Shown: positions 1 through 8,773 of the stretch, piece after piece
How the letters are laid out: each line of letters begins with the position of its first letter
Numbering within the stretch: the stretch's first letter is position 1
Assembly (NCBI GenBank): GCA_963726245.1
Contig: CAVSBT010000036.1
Span: 1-27,682, forward strand
Reading direction: 5' to 3'
DNA length: 27,682 nucleotides
DNA from: an uncultured Chloroflexia bacterium
Lineage (GTDB): Bacteria; Chloroflexota; Dehalococcoidia; DSTF01; JALHUB01
The notes under the pieces: generated by a model
Seen by the model: the letters and a program-made list of their open reading frames with translations, nothing else
Databases searched by the model: none
What the model was told of the DNA's origin: nothing
Translations under genes and position numbers: made by a program

Positions 1-126
1 TCGAGCAGCGCCTCGGCAGGAGGCGAAGCCGCCCCGGCGTGAGATCCCAGTCGCTGGCTGCGCCGCTACGCCAGCCTGGTCACCAGCGCCAACACGGGCG
101 CCGTGATGCGCGAGCCGGGGGAGTAG
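1..126 (+). CDS. ilvD: 3' end of dihydroxy-acid dehydratase (partial, apparent frameshift near 46)
   Basis: Manual translation of 49-126 gives SRWLRRYASLVTSANTGAVMREPGE*, matching the IlvD C-terminal motif (L.RYA.LV.SA..GA). The upstream sequence (KPPRREIP) is in another frame. Confidence 0.75.
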
Positions 127-190
127 GGCTGAGCCGGCAGGCTGCCCGACTTCAGTCAGCGCCAGCTACGCCACGGGAACGAACGACGGG

Positions 191-1678
191 CTAGCTCGCA
201 CGGAGAAGGATAGCGCGCCTGCTGCCCGCCCTCACCCTCAGCGCCCACGACCTCGCTGCCGCCACCAAAACGACCAAGCCGTACGCCGCCAGCACGGTGA
301 AGACCGGGATGAGGGGCAGGTGGTAGCGGGAGTCGGCGATCATCAGTGTCTCGTTGACGGTCCAGAGCGCCACGGTCCAGGCGAGCAGCACCACCGCCGG
401 ACGCCTCCGCGACCAGCCGGCCGCGGCGCCGACGCCCGCTAGCCCCAGCACGGCGAAGTAGTAGCCGTTCGCCACCCACTGGAGGATGGTGCGCAGGGGC
501 TCATCGAGGCGCCGGCCGCTCAAGAACCCTTCGACGTGGGCCAGGAAGTCATCGTCGCGGTCGTAGAGGGCCTTTAAGCTGTTGGACCCCGCCACCAGCA
601 CCTCGCGCCAGGGCTTGGTCAGCGCCAGCTTCAGCCCCTCTCGCCAGCCGAGGCTGTTGGTCTTCACCTCGATCTCTTTGGGGGACAGGCCCAGGTAGGG
701 CGCCTGCAGCTGCTCGATGGCCGCCGCACGCTCCATCGTGCCGGCGTAGCGGCCCATGAGGAAGTTGCCGCCGATGTTGGAGCTGAGAAGGATGGGGTTG
801 TCCATGACCAGGTAGTTTCGCGCCGACCAGGGGAGCACTATCGCCGCCATCCCCACGACGGCGAGGGCGCCGCCCTTCAACGCCGCCCGCCAGTCGGCCC
901 AGGCGAGCGCCCAGAAGGGCAGAACCATGAGGGGGACGAAGAGCGCCTCGCCCCGCACCAGGGTCGCCAGTCCGGCCGTTAGGCCGGTCGCCGCCACCAG
1001 CAAGAGCTCGGTTGCGCGCCCGGAGGCGTGCTGCCAGGGACGGCCAGGAGCAGAACCCGCTACGAAGAGGAAGGTGAACAGCACCTCGGACATGAGCGCG
1101 GGGACGGAGAGCGCCTGCCCCGGAAAGAGGGCCAGGATGAGGCCCGCCGCCAGTCCTACCCGCCAGCCTAGTAGAAGGCCGCCCAGAGCGAAGGCCAGCA
1201 CGCAGGTGGCTGCGCCCAGGATGACGTTGGCCGTCTCGCCCGCCTGCGGGTCGGGGCCGAAGGCTTTGTAGAGGCCGCCCAGGAAGAAGGGGTAGCCGGG
1301 CGGAAATAGCGCCGTGCTGTCCCCCGACATGAAGCTGACGTAGCCTCTGCCCTCGGCCACGGAGCGCGCGGCGTAGTGGTAGAAGAGCGAATCGTCGAAG
1401 CGGCCGTCGGTGGGGTTGGCGTCCGCGTAGGCCGCCCAGAGCCCCCGCGCGCCGAGGGCGAGGGCGAACACGGCCAGGCCGGCGGCGACCCACAACAGGT
1501 AGCGGCGGCGCGGCGATTCCTCCGCGAGACCGTGGCTGCCGCTGGAGCCGTCAAGGTATTCAGGTCGCTCCTCCTGCCGCGCAGCCGCGCGCCCTTCGAC
1601 AAGCTCAGGGTGCGCGGTTCTCAGATTCCGCTCATGGTGAGCGTGTCGAACCATGAGCGGCCCGCTTGAGTCGGTCAA
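191..1678 (-). CDS. GT-C fold (ArnT/PMT_2-like) membrane glycosyltransferase
   Basis: Polytopic membrane ORF with DD..FY, A.FPPGYPFFL, MSEVLFTFL, PWSARNY and RYHLPL.P motifs. The true start is probably downstream of the repeat doublet at 1585-1660, which the first ~30 codons read through. Confidence 0.8.
   Translation of the reverse strand: MTDSSGPLMVRHAHHERNLRTAHPELVEGRAAARQEERPEYLDGSSGSHGLAEESPRRRYLLWVAAGLAVFALALGARGLWAAYADANPTDGRFDDSLFYHYAARSVAEGRGYVSFMSGDSTALFPPGYPFFLGGLYKAFGPDPQAGETANVILGAATCVLAFALGGLLLGWRVGLAAGLILALFPGQALSVPALMSEVLFTFLFVAGSAPGRPWQHASGRATELLLVAATGLTAGLATLVRGEALFVPLMVLPFWALAWADWRAALKGGALAVVGMAAIVLPWSARNYLVMDNPILLSSNIGGNFLMGRYAGTMERAAAIEQLQAPYLGLSPKEIEVKTNSLGWREGLKLALTKPWREVLVAGSNSLKALYDRDDDFLAHVEGFLSGRRLDEPLRTILQWVANGYYFAVLGLAGVGAAAGWSRRRPAVVLLAWTVALWTVNETLMIADSRYHLPLIPVFTVLAAYGLVVLVAAARSWALRVRAGSRRAILLRAS
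1585..1660. repeat. REP-like inverted doublet of two 33-nt hairpins
   Basis: 1585-1617 is CCGCGCGCCCT-TCGACAAGCTC-AGGGTGCGCGG and 1628-1660 is CCGCTCATGGT-GAGCGTGTCGA-ACCATGAGCGG. Each has an 11-bp stem and an 11-nt loop, and the loops are reverse complements at 10 of 11 positions. Confidence 0.8.
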
Positions 1679-1687
1679 CGGGGCGCA

Positions 1688-2318
1688 TCAGGCCGCTCGG
1701 GCGACGCCAACCAGAAGAGGTATGCCGGGCCCCATGACGTGTCGCTGGAGCTCCACGAACTGAAAGCCCGCCTCGACGATGGCCTCTCCCGTGCGCCGGT
1801 TGACGTGACAGCCGTTGCCGAAGTAACCCCAGAAGGGCGCGATGGCGTCCTGCACCAGCCCACGTAGGCCTCCATCGTAGCGGACGTGCTCGATAAGCCG
1901 CAGGCTGCCGCCGGGCCTGAGCACCCGCCTCGCCTCCAGCAGGGCGCGCCTCAAGTCCTTCACGGTGCAGAGTACCAGGACGCTCACCACGTGGTCGAAA
2001 CCGCCGTCCTCGAAGGGCAGCTCCTCCGCCGCGTGCTGGCGGAGCTCAACGTGGCCCAGGCCCAGCTCTTCCAGGCGCTTGCGGGCCCGCGCCAGCATGA
2101 ACGGGTCGGGCTCCGTGGCCACCACTTCGGCCGCCTTCTGCATAGTAGGGGAAGGTGTGGCCGGTGCCGGCGCCTATCTCCAGCACGCGACCCTCCGCCT
2201 CTCCCACAATGTAGGAGAGGTGGCCATCCATCCACTTGTCGTTCCTCCGGTCGAGGAGGCCATACACGGCGGCGTGCCACCGACGCCCCTTGAACTCGTG
2301 ACTGGCACCGCCGGTCAT
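1688..2318 (-). CDS. Class I SAM-dependent methyltransferase (Methyltransf_11/METTL7-like), split by one frameshift near 2143
   Basis: VLEIGAGTG..FPYY in ORF 2046-2318 continues as EPDPFML...AEELPFEDGGFD.VV..LVLCTV...RVLRPGG...EHV...GCHVNR in ORF 1688-2143. Confidence 0.85.
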
Positions 2319-2329
2319 GGTTGCGGCCC

Positions 2330-3085
2330 CTAGCGGAAGAGGTCTTTATCGGGGTCGCGCACCAGGTCGCGGCCGCGGCCGGGGCCGGCCTCGAAGCGAT
2401 AGCCGCGGATTAGGGCAGCAGGGATGCGCTCCAGCTTGCCGGTCACCAGCTCGGCGGCCGACGCCAGCTCGTCGGCCACGGCCACCTGCGTGACCCGCAG
2501 CTCGTAGCCGTAGGGGTCTCGCTGGCCGGCGTAGTCCTTGAGGGCCACCAGGCCCGCCACGCCGATCGCCACCTCGTCGGTGCCCTCGCGCCAGGGCCGG
2601 CCGAAGGTATCGGAGATGACGACGGCCACTCGGGCGCCGGCGCGCTCCTCGATCGCCCGGCGCAGGGCCTCGGCCGAGCGGTCCGGGTCCTCCGGCAGCA
2701 GGATGAGGAGACCGGGGCCGCCGGCGTTGGAGGCGTCGACGCCGGCGTTGGCGCAGATGAAGCCGTGGTGGGTCTCGGTAATGATGACGCCGCGGTCCAT
2801 GCGCACGATGCGGCGGCTCTCGCGCAGCACCACCTCAACGTGGCGGGCGCTCTTCCCCGTCTCCTCCGCTACCTTTCGGGCGAAGCTCGACGGCTCGACG
2901 GTGTGTAGGGCGACCACGCGGCCCTCCGCCTTGGACACCACCTTCTGGGTCACCACCAGCACGTCTCCGTCGATGGGTGGCGTCTCCTGACGACGGGCGG
3001 CGTCCAGGATGAGCGCCGCCAGGTCGTCGCCCTCGCACACCTCAGGGATGCCGGCGATGCCGATGACGCGGACTTCAGCGGTCAA
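2330..3085 (-). CDS. cofE: Coenzyme F420-0:L-glutamate ligase
   Basis: Motifs IPEV..GDDLA, DVLVVTQKVVSKAEGR, CANAGVDASN, LLPEDPD.SA, SDTFGRPWR.G, ADELASAAELV and C-terminal DLFR. Confidence 0.95.
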   Translation of the reverse strand: MTAEVRVIGIAGIPEVCEGDDLAALILDAARRQETPPIDGDVLVVTQKVVSKAEGRVVALHTVEPSSFARKVAEETGKSARHVEVVLRESRRIVRMDRGVIITETHHGFICANAGVDASNAGGPGLLILLPEDPDRSAEALRRAIEERAGARVAVVISDTFGRPWREGTDEVAIGVAGLVALKDYAGQRDPYGYELRVTQVAVADELASAAELVTGKLERIPAALIRGYRFEAGPGRGRDLVRDPDKDLFR

Positions 3086-3756
3086 GAGGAGCTCCGGGAG
3101 GCCCGTCGCCCCTCCAGCCCGACGATGCGGATGCCGGTCTCCGCCTTGTGGACGCGGTTCAGGTTCAGGAGGAGGACGGTGATCTGCTCCACGTAGCGGG
3201 CGTTGGCCAGCCCCCCGCCGTCGACGGCGCGGAGGCCGGGGATCTTCTCAGCCAGCGCCATGGCGGTCGCCTTGGCCTCCGGGTCGTCGCCGCAGACCAG
3301 GATGTCGCCCTCGATGACGGTGTCGCCCTCCTGGAGCTTGCGGGCGCTCAGGGTGTGGAAGGCGGCCACCAGCCGGGAGCGCGGCAGGAGCCCTTGCGCC
3401 TCCTGGGCGGCGGAGCCGTCCTCCACCGAGAGGCCGCGGGCCAGCCCCTTCTCGAAGGCGACGGGCACCACCGCATCCACCACCACCTTCCCCTCCAGGG
3501 CGCTGGCCAGCTCAGACAGGACGGAGCGATGGCCATCGTAGGGCACAGTGACGAAGACAACGCCGGCTTCGGCGACCGCCTCGCGGTTGAGGGCGCCGCG
3601 GACGCGGGCCGAAGGCCGGCGTTCCCGCACCCAGGCGGCGGCGGCTTCGGCGCGCTCCAGCTTACGGGAGCCGATGACCACCTCTTCGCCAGCCACCGCC
3701 AGGCGAAGAGCCAGCCCCAGCCCCTCGGGCCCAGTGCCCCCAATGAAGGCGATCAT
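3082..3756 (-). CDS. npdG: NADPH-dependent F420 reductase (F420H2:NADP+ oxidoreductase)
   Basis: Motifs IAFIGGTGPEG.GLA.R, VIGSR..ERA, GSAAQE, V.AFH..SA, DILVCGDD and DGG.L.NA..VE.IT.LL..LN. Overlaps the cofE start. Confidence 0.92.
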   Translation of the reverse strand: MIAFIGGTGPEGLGLALRLAVAGEEVVIGSRKLERAEAAAAWVRERRPSARVRGALNREAVAEAGVVFVTVPYDGHRSVLSELASALEGKVVVDAVVPVAFEKGLARGLSVEDGSAAQEAQGLLPRSRLVAAFHTLSARKLQEGDTVIEGDILVCGDDPEAKATAMALAEKIPGLRAVDGGGLANARYVEQITVLLLNLNRVHKAETGIRIVGLEGRRASRSSS

Positions 3757-3849
3757 AGGTCAGGAGAACCGCCCATCCTCGGAGAATGGCCTAAGCCTAG
3801 CAAGCGCGCCCGAAGAGGTCAAGGAGAGTGGTAATCGCACAGCTCTAGA

Positions 3850-3879
3850 TTGACTTGGCTTGGGGGCTCCATCTATAAT
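3850..3879 (+). promoter_or_regulatory. Sigma70-type promoter of the rpsF operon
   Basis: TTGACT (3850-3855) - 18 nt - TATAAT (3874-3879). Confidence 0.75.
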
Positions 3880-3890
3880 GAGGGCCGCCG

Positions 3891-3948
3891 AGAAGCGAGA
3901 GCGAGCCCGGCCCCCGCTACCGGGGAAAACAGCCGGGCGCGTTTTTCT
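3891..3948 (+). promoter_or_regulatory. Structured rpsF leader (candidate ribosomal-protein autoregulatory element or attenuator)
   Basis: Nested stems GCCCGGC/GCCGGGC and CCCCG/CGGGG, followed by GCGTTTTTCT, between the promoter and rpsF. Confidence 0.45.
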
Positions 3949-3966
3949 GTCGCCCTTTGAGAGCGA

Positions 3967-4272
3967 ATGTCTGGGGGTGGTCGATTGCGCGACTACGAGC
4001 TAGTGGTCATCCTGAGCCCGGAACTGGACGAGGAGGACCTCCCTGCTGCCATCGATAGGTTTAGCCAGTTGATAGCAGACCGTGGTGGTGAGGTGAAGGA
4101 GATCGATCGCTGGGGCCGCAGGAAGCTGGCCTACCCCATAAAGAGATTCGTAGAGGGGAACTACTTGGTCACCCAGGTGAGACTGGACCCAAACCGCACC
4201 TCGGATGTGGAGGCGGGACTGCGTATCTCGGAAGAGGTGCTGCGTCACCTGTTGGTACGTGTGGGCGACTAG
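3967..4272 (+). CDS. rpsF: 30S ribosomal protein S6 (true start probably TTG at 3985)
   Basis: Motifs RDYELVVILSP, WGRRKLAYPI and ISEEVLRHLLV. Confidence 0.97.
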   Translation: MSGGGRLRDYELVVILSPELDEEDLPAAIDRFSQLIADRGGEVKEIDRWGRRKLAYPIKRFVEGNYLVTQVRLDPNRTSDVEAGLRISEEVLRHLLVRVGD

Positions 4273-4313
4273 GTCCGACCGGCCGCTGCGCTCCGTGGAA
4301 GGAGTTTGACGAG

Positions 4314-4739
4314 ATGGCGGGCCTCAACAAGGTAATGCTCATCGGTAATGTAGGCACCGACCCGGAGATGCGCTACACGGCCAACGGCAACGCCGTGACC
4401 ACCTTCCGACTTGCCTGCAGCCGCAACTACACCACCCCCGATGGCGAGCGCAAGGAAGAGACCGAGTGGTTCAGCGTCGTCACCTGGAGCAAGCTGGCCG
4501 AGACCTGCAGCCAGTTCCTTCAGAAGGGGCGTCGCGCTTACGTGGAGGGGCGCCTGCAGACCCGTAGCTGGGAGGGCGCCGACGGCCAGCGCCGTTTTCG
4601 CACCGAGGTGATAGCCAACAGCGTCCTCTTCCTCGATCGGGTGCAGGCGGCGCCTCTGCAAGAGGAGACCGCAGCCGCTCCGGTGAGCGTGAGCGAGGCC
4701 GCGGAACAGGTGGACCCCGACGACCTCCCCTTCGAGTGA
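4314..4739 (+). CDS. ssb: Single-stranded DNA-binding protein
   Basis: Motifs LNKVMLIGNVG.DPEMRYT and VEGRLQTRSW, with acidic tail DDLPF. Lies in rpsF-ssb-rpsR synteny. Confidence 0.97.
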   Translation: MAGLNKVMLIGNVGTDPEMRYTANGNAVTTFRLACSRNYTTPDGERKEETEWFSVVTWSKLAETCSQFLQKGRRAYVEGRLQTRSWEGADGQRRFRTEVIANSVLFLDRVQAAPLQEETAAAPVSVSEAAEQVDPDDLPFE

Positions 4740-4766
4740 GTTGTCTGACCGAGGAGATGTGTTCGC

Positions 4767-5315
4767 ATGAACGAGGCGACCGAGAATCCCGAGGCGGCCG
4801 AGAGCCCGCCTGCCGAGGAGCAACCCCAGAGCGCGCCGAAGCGGAGGGCCTCGGCAGCCGCTGAGGGGAGGGCGACCAGACGGCCGCCCGTCGCGGCGGA
4901 CGCGGCCGAGACCCAGACGGAAGCGACGGTCGAAGACGAGCCGCCCGCGGCGGACCTGCCTCCTGCCGCTCGCGAAGAGGCTGCTCCCTTTGTCGAGGCG
5001 GGCCGGCCTGCCGGGCCGCCGGGTCCCGCCGGTGCGGGCAGGCCCGATAAGCGGAGACACGGTCGCTATCCCCCCAGGCGTAAGGTCTGCGCCTTCTGCG
5101 TCGACCACGTCGCCACGATCGACTACAAGGACGTCGGCAAGCTCCGTCGGTACCTGTCGGACCGGGGTAAGATCGAGCCGCGGCGCAAGACGGGCACCTG
5201 CGCCAAGCATCAGCGCCGTCTCACCATGGCCCTCAAGCGGGCCCGGCACATAGCCCTCCTGCCCTATACCGCGGAACACATCCGCCTCACGGGAGCGTTC
5301 GTGCCCCGTAGTTGA
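4767..5315 (+). CDS. rpsR: 30S ribosomal protein S18 (Zn-binding C+ type) with long N-terminal extension
   Basis: RRKVCAFC...[49 protein letters not shown]-like GAGGAG lies upstream of the ATG at 4767. Confidence 0.93.
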   Translation: MNEATENPEAAESPPAEEQPQSAPKRRASAAAEGRATRRPPVAADAAETQTEATVEDEPPAADLPPAAREEAAPFVEAGRPAGPPGPAGAGRPDKRRHGRYPPRRKVCAFCVDHVATIDYKDVGKLRRYLSDRGKIEPRRKTGTCAKHQRRLTMALKRARHIALLPYTAEHIRLTGAFVPRS

Positions 5316-5428
5316 TCGTTCGACGAGGGGCGCGGAAAATGATGTTGATTCCCGCCCCTTCGCCATCTCTCTGGCCCCGGCCCGGGGGCGGGCTTGTTGC
5401 CCGGACCGAGAGGCCCATGGAGTGAATC

Positions 5429-6445
5429 TTGCCAAAGAGAAGCCGTGTTCCCCCTGTCATCCGCCCCGGTTCCCGCAAGCCCACGACGCGCTGGGATGAG
5501 GAACGGCGCGGCCAGCTCCTCGTCATAGGCCTGGGCGCTTCGGTTGTCGTCGTCGTGGCGCTCATCGCCCTCTTCGGCTACTACCAGACCAAGGTGCGAC
5601 CGAAGGGAGAGACAGTCCTCGCGGTCGGGACGCGCACTTTCAGTCTCGACTACATGGAGCGACGCCTTCGCTACGACTTCAGCCAGGGAACCGGCAGCGT
5701 CTACACGTCGGACCCAACGAACGCTGCCACCAACCTCATGAATGAAGTCGAAAACGAGGAGCTGCTGCGGCAGGGAGCGCCCGAAAAAGGGGTTGACCTC
5801 AGCGATGCAGCCATCGACGCCGAGATCCGGACCCGGCAGAGCGTGCCCGCCAACGCCGATCTCAATACCTTCGCCGCCGCATACCGGCAGGCGGTCCTCG
5901 ACAGCGGCCTCTCCACGCAGGGTTACCGGGACGTCGTCGCCGCCGACATCGCGAGCAAGGCCATTCAGGCCATGTTCCTGGCGGATGCTCCCAAGACCGC
6001 GGACCAGGTTCGTTTTCGCATCATCGTTTCAAGCACAGAGGACAAGGCGAAGGCAGCTCTGCAGCGGCTCCAGAATGGGGAGGACTTCGCCGCGGTGGCC
6101 ACCGCTGTCTCCGAGCACGCCGCCTCCGCCCAACAGGGGGGCGAGCAGGACTGGACTCCCCGCGGCATCCTGGAACCGGTCCTGGACCAGGCCCTCTTCT
6201 CGCTCGACATCGGAAAGTTCAGCGACATCATCGCGGGCACCAGCGCGTACTTCATCGTCATGGTGGAGGAGCGGCAGGACCAGCGGGACACGACGGACAC
6301 CCAGAAGTCCGCGCTGGCCAGCCAGGCGCAACAGGTATGGCTCAAGGGGCTCGCGGACAGTCTGGCGGTGGCCACCACCTTGAGCGACTCGCAGCGCGCC
6401 AGCATCCTGAGTTTGGTCCAGAGCGAAATCCAGAAGGGGCAGTAG
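5429..6445 (+). CDS. Membrane-anchored parvulin-type peptidyl-prolyl isomerase (PrsA/SurA-like)
   Basis: N-terminal TM helix, SurA-like helical region and rotamase motifs RL.NGEDFAAVA..VS...GGE.DW...F.L.IG..S.II. Confidence 0.85.
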   Translation: MPKRSRVPPVIRPGSRKPTTRWDEERRGQLLVIGLGASVVVVVALIALFGYYQTKVRPKGETVLAVGTRTFSLDYMERRLRYDFSQGTGSVYTSDPTNAATNLMNEVENEELLRQGAPEKGVDLSDAAIDAEIRTRQSVPANADLNTFAAAYRQAVLDSGLSTQGYRDVVAADIASKAIQAMFLADAPKTADQVRFRIIVSSTEDKAKAALQRLQNGEDFAAVATAVSEHAASAQQGGEQDWTPRGILEPVLDQALFSLDIGKFSDIIAGTSAYFIVMVEERQDQRDTTDTQKSALASQAQQVWLKGLADSLAVATTLSDSQRASILSLVQSEIQKGQ

Positions 6446-6446
6446 T

Positions 6447-7748
6447 GTGGCAGGAAGCCGTTCACAGGTAGGCGTGGGGCTTATGGGCCTGGGCGTCGTG
6501 GGCAGCGGCGTGGCCCGCGCTCTCCTGGAGCGGGGCGAGGCCTACGGACGCCGGGTGGGATGTCCCCTTCGCCTGGTCCGCATCCTGGAGCAGGACCCCG
6601 ATAGGGAGAGGCCTGTGCGGGTCGATCACGCCCTGTTCACCCAGGACGTGCGGGACATCGTCGACAACGCCGGCATTGACATCGTCATCGAGGTGCTGGG
6701 CGGCGAGCACCCCGCATTCGAGTACCAGCGACGGGCCTTGGAAGCCGGCAAGTACGTCGTCACGGCCAACAAAGAGGTCATCGCCAAGCACGGGGCGGAG
6801 CTGAGCGCACTGGCCCTTCAACACGGCATCGACATCCTCTACGAGGCCAGCGTGGGCGGCGGCATTCCCATCATCGCGCCGCTCAAGCGCGACCTTCTGT
6901 CCAACGAGATCACGGCGATCAGCGCCATCATCAACGGCACCACCAACTACATTCTCACCAGCATGAGCCGCGAGGGGAGCGACTTCGAGCCGGCGTTGCG
7001 CCGCGCTCAGGAGCTTGGCTACGCCGAGGCGAACCCCGCTAACGACATCGAGGGGATGGATGCCGTCTACAAGCTTGCCATCCTCGCCAGCCTGGCCTTC
7101 CATGCCGACATCCGCCCCGAGGACGTCTACCGCGAGGGTATCACCCGCCTCAGCGCTCACGACTTTCGCTATGCCCGCGAGTTGGGCTATGCCATCAAGC
7201 TGCTGGCCCTGGCCCGCCGGCACGATTCCCAGATACAGGTCCGCGTTCACCCCGCCCTCTTGCACGAGGATGAGCTCCTGGCCAAGGTCGACGGCGTCCT
7301 CAACGCCGTTCAGGTGGAGGGCGACCTGGTGGGTCGCGTACTGTTCCAGGGGCAAGGCGCCGGCTCCCTCCCGACCTCCAGCGCCATTGTCGCCGACGTC
7401 CTTGACGCCGCCCGCAGCATCGTCAGCGGCTCCCCGGAGAGGCCGTCGCCGCCGCCGCTACAGACCGCGTCCCTGCGGCCGATGAGCGAGCTCAGCACCC
7501 GCTACTACATGCGAATGATAGTGGTCGACAGTCCCGGCGTGCTGGCCAGGATCGCCGACGTCCTCGGCGTCCATCAGATCAGCATCGCGTCCGTCATCCA
7601 GAAAGAGGCCGATCCGAAGGCAAAGACGGCCGAGATCGTGATCATGACACACGAGGCCGAGGAGGAGGCTGTGCAGAGCGCCCTCCGGGAGGTGGAGCGG
7701 CTCCCGGTGGTAGTGGAGATCGGCAACTTCCTGCGCGTGGAAGGGTAA
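6447..7748 (+). CDS. hom: Homoserine dehydrogenase with C-terminal ACT domain
   Basis: Motifs GLGVVGSGV, VVTANK, YEASVGGGIPII, INGTTNYIL, GYAEA.P..DIEG.DA..K and GAGSLPT.SA. ACT domain D.PGVLA.I. Confidence 0.96.
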   Translation: MAGSRSQVGVGLMGLGVVGSGVARALLERGEAYGRRVGCPLRLVRILEQDPDRERPVRVDHALFTQDVRDIVDNAGIDIVIEVLGGEHPAFEYQRRALEAGKYVVTANKEVIAKHGAELSALALQHGIDILYEASVGGGIPIIAPLKRDLLSNEITAISAIINGTTNYILTSMSREGSDFEPALRRAQELGYAEANPANDIEGMDAVYKLAILASLAFHADIRPEDVYREGITRLSAHDFRYARELGYAIKLLALARRHDSQIQVRVHPALLHEDELLAKVDGVLNAVQVEGDLVGRVLFQGQGAGSLPTSSAIVADVLDAARSIVSGSPERPSPPPLQTASLRPMSELSTRYYMRMIVVDSPGVLARIADVLGVHQISIASVIQKEADPKAKTAEIVIMTHEAEEEAVQSALREVERLPVVVEIGNFLRVEG

Positions 7749-7756
7749 GGAGGTCA

Positions 7757-8773
7757 TTGGTGGCCCCCCCCAGGGAAGACCCCTCCCAGAGCATCAGCAC
7801 CATGGCCTGGCTCCAGGACCAGTTCCACCTGCTAAAGGCCCAGGTGGGCAAGGCCCAGCACCAGACAGACCAGACCCTGGCCATGGCGCTGGACGTCGCG
7901 GAGAAGATGCGCCAGCAGGAGGCGACCATCGCCGACCTCGCCGGCCAGGCGAGCGCCATCGTGCCCCTGCAGGAGGAGACGCGTCAGCTCAAGGAGCTGC
8001 TGACCCGCCTCCAGGACCAGCAGGTGCAGTCCCGCGGCCAGCTGGAGGAAACAGTCCGTCAACGGCTGGCGGAGGCGGAGCGAGGACGCGTAGAGGTGAC
8101 GGACGTGCGCCGTCGACTCGAGGACTTGGAGCGTCAGGTGGAGGCGTGGTTGGATCGCCAGAGCGGCATCGAGGACGCTGCCCGGCGCTACCAGGAGGGC
8201 ATAGCGCTGGCCAACGCACGCTCCGAGACCATGGACCAGCGCTTGGAGGCCCTGGAGGGCCGCGCATCCCGCAACCTCGAGGCCACCAACCGCATAGACC
8301 AGGATATCTCCCGTATCGACGCCGCAATCCAGGGCCTGGAACGCGAGGACGACCTTCAGGCGGAAAGGGCCCGCGTGGCCCTGGAGGCGGCGCGCCGCGT
8401 CGAGGCAGAGGTGGAGTCGGAGAGGCGGGATCTCCGGGCCCTTGCCGAGCTTACGGAGAGGATCGAGCTGCTGAAGGTGGAGCGGCAGCGCCTGGAGGAT
8501 CGTCTAGCGCAGGTGGAGGAAGACTTTAACGAGTTTCGAGGCCTCCTGGCTCACCAAGAGCAGCTCCTAAGCGTCCTGGACGGCCGCACCCAGGGCTACC
8601 TGAGCCGGCTGGAGGTCTTGCGTGAGGAGATCCTGCGCCACCGCCAGCAATTCGTCGAGCATCTTCTCAAGCTCAGCAGCGGCCAGGAACGCCTCAAGCG
8701 GCGCCAGATCGAAGAGTTGCAGCGCGAAATCAAGGAGCTAAAGCAGCATGCTGTCGGCCTCACAGAGGAGTGA
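7757..8773 (+). CDS. Long coiled-coil protein of unknown function
   Basis: 338 aa, rich in E/Q/R/L, nearly proline-free, with heptad-like pattern. Perfect SD (TAAGGAGG) before the TTG start. Confidence 0.8.
   Translation: MVAPPREDPSQSISTMAWLQDQFHLLKAQVGKAQHQTDQTLAMALDVAEKMRQQEATIADLAGQASAIVPLQEETRQLKELLTRLQDQQVQSRGQLEETVRQRLAEAERGRVEVTDVRRRLEDLERQVEAWLDRQSGIEDAARRYQEGIALANARSETMDQRLEALEGRASRNLEATNRIDQDISRIDAAIQGLEREDDLQAERARVALEAARRVEAEVESERRDLRALAELTERIELLKVERQRLEDRLAQVEEDFNEFRGLLAHQEQLLSVLDGRTQGYLSRLEVLREEILRHRQQFVEHLLKLSSGQERLKRRQIEELQREIKELKQHAVGLTEE

Noticed and set aside
1585-1660. CRISPR mini-array
   Set aside because: The units are inverted rather than direct, there are only two, the spacer is 10 nt, and there are no cas genes.
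5324-5362. Hairpin after rpsR as an intrinsic terminator
   Set aside because: A GAGGGGCG/CGCCCCTT stem is present, but it has a large loop and no U-tract, so its function cannot be supported.
4269-5435. 388-aa antisense ORF over ssb/rpsR
   Set aside because: Shadow ORF of GC-rich codon usage, with no recognisable motifs.
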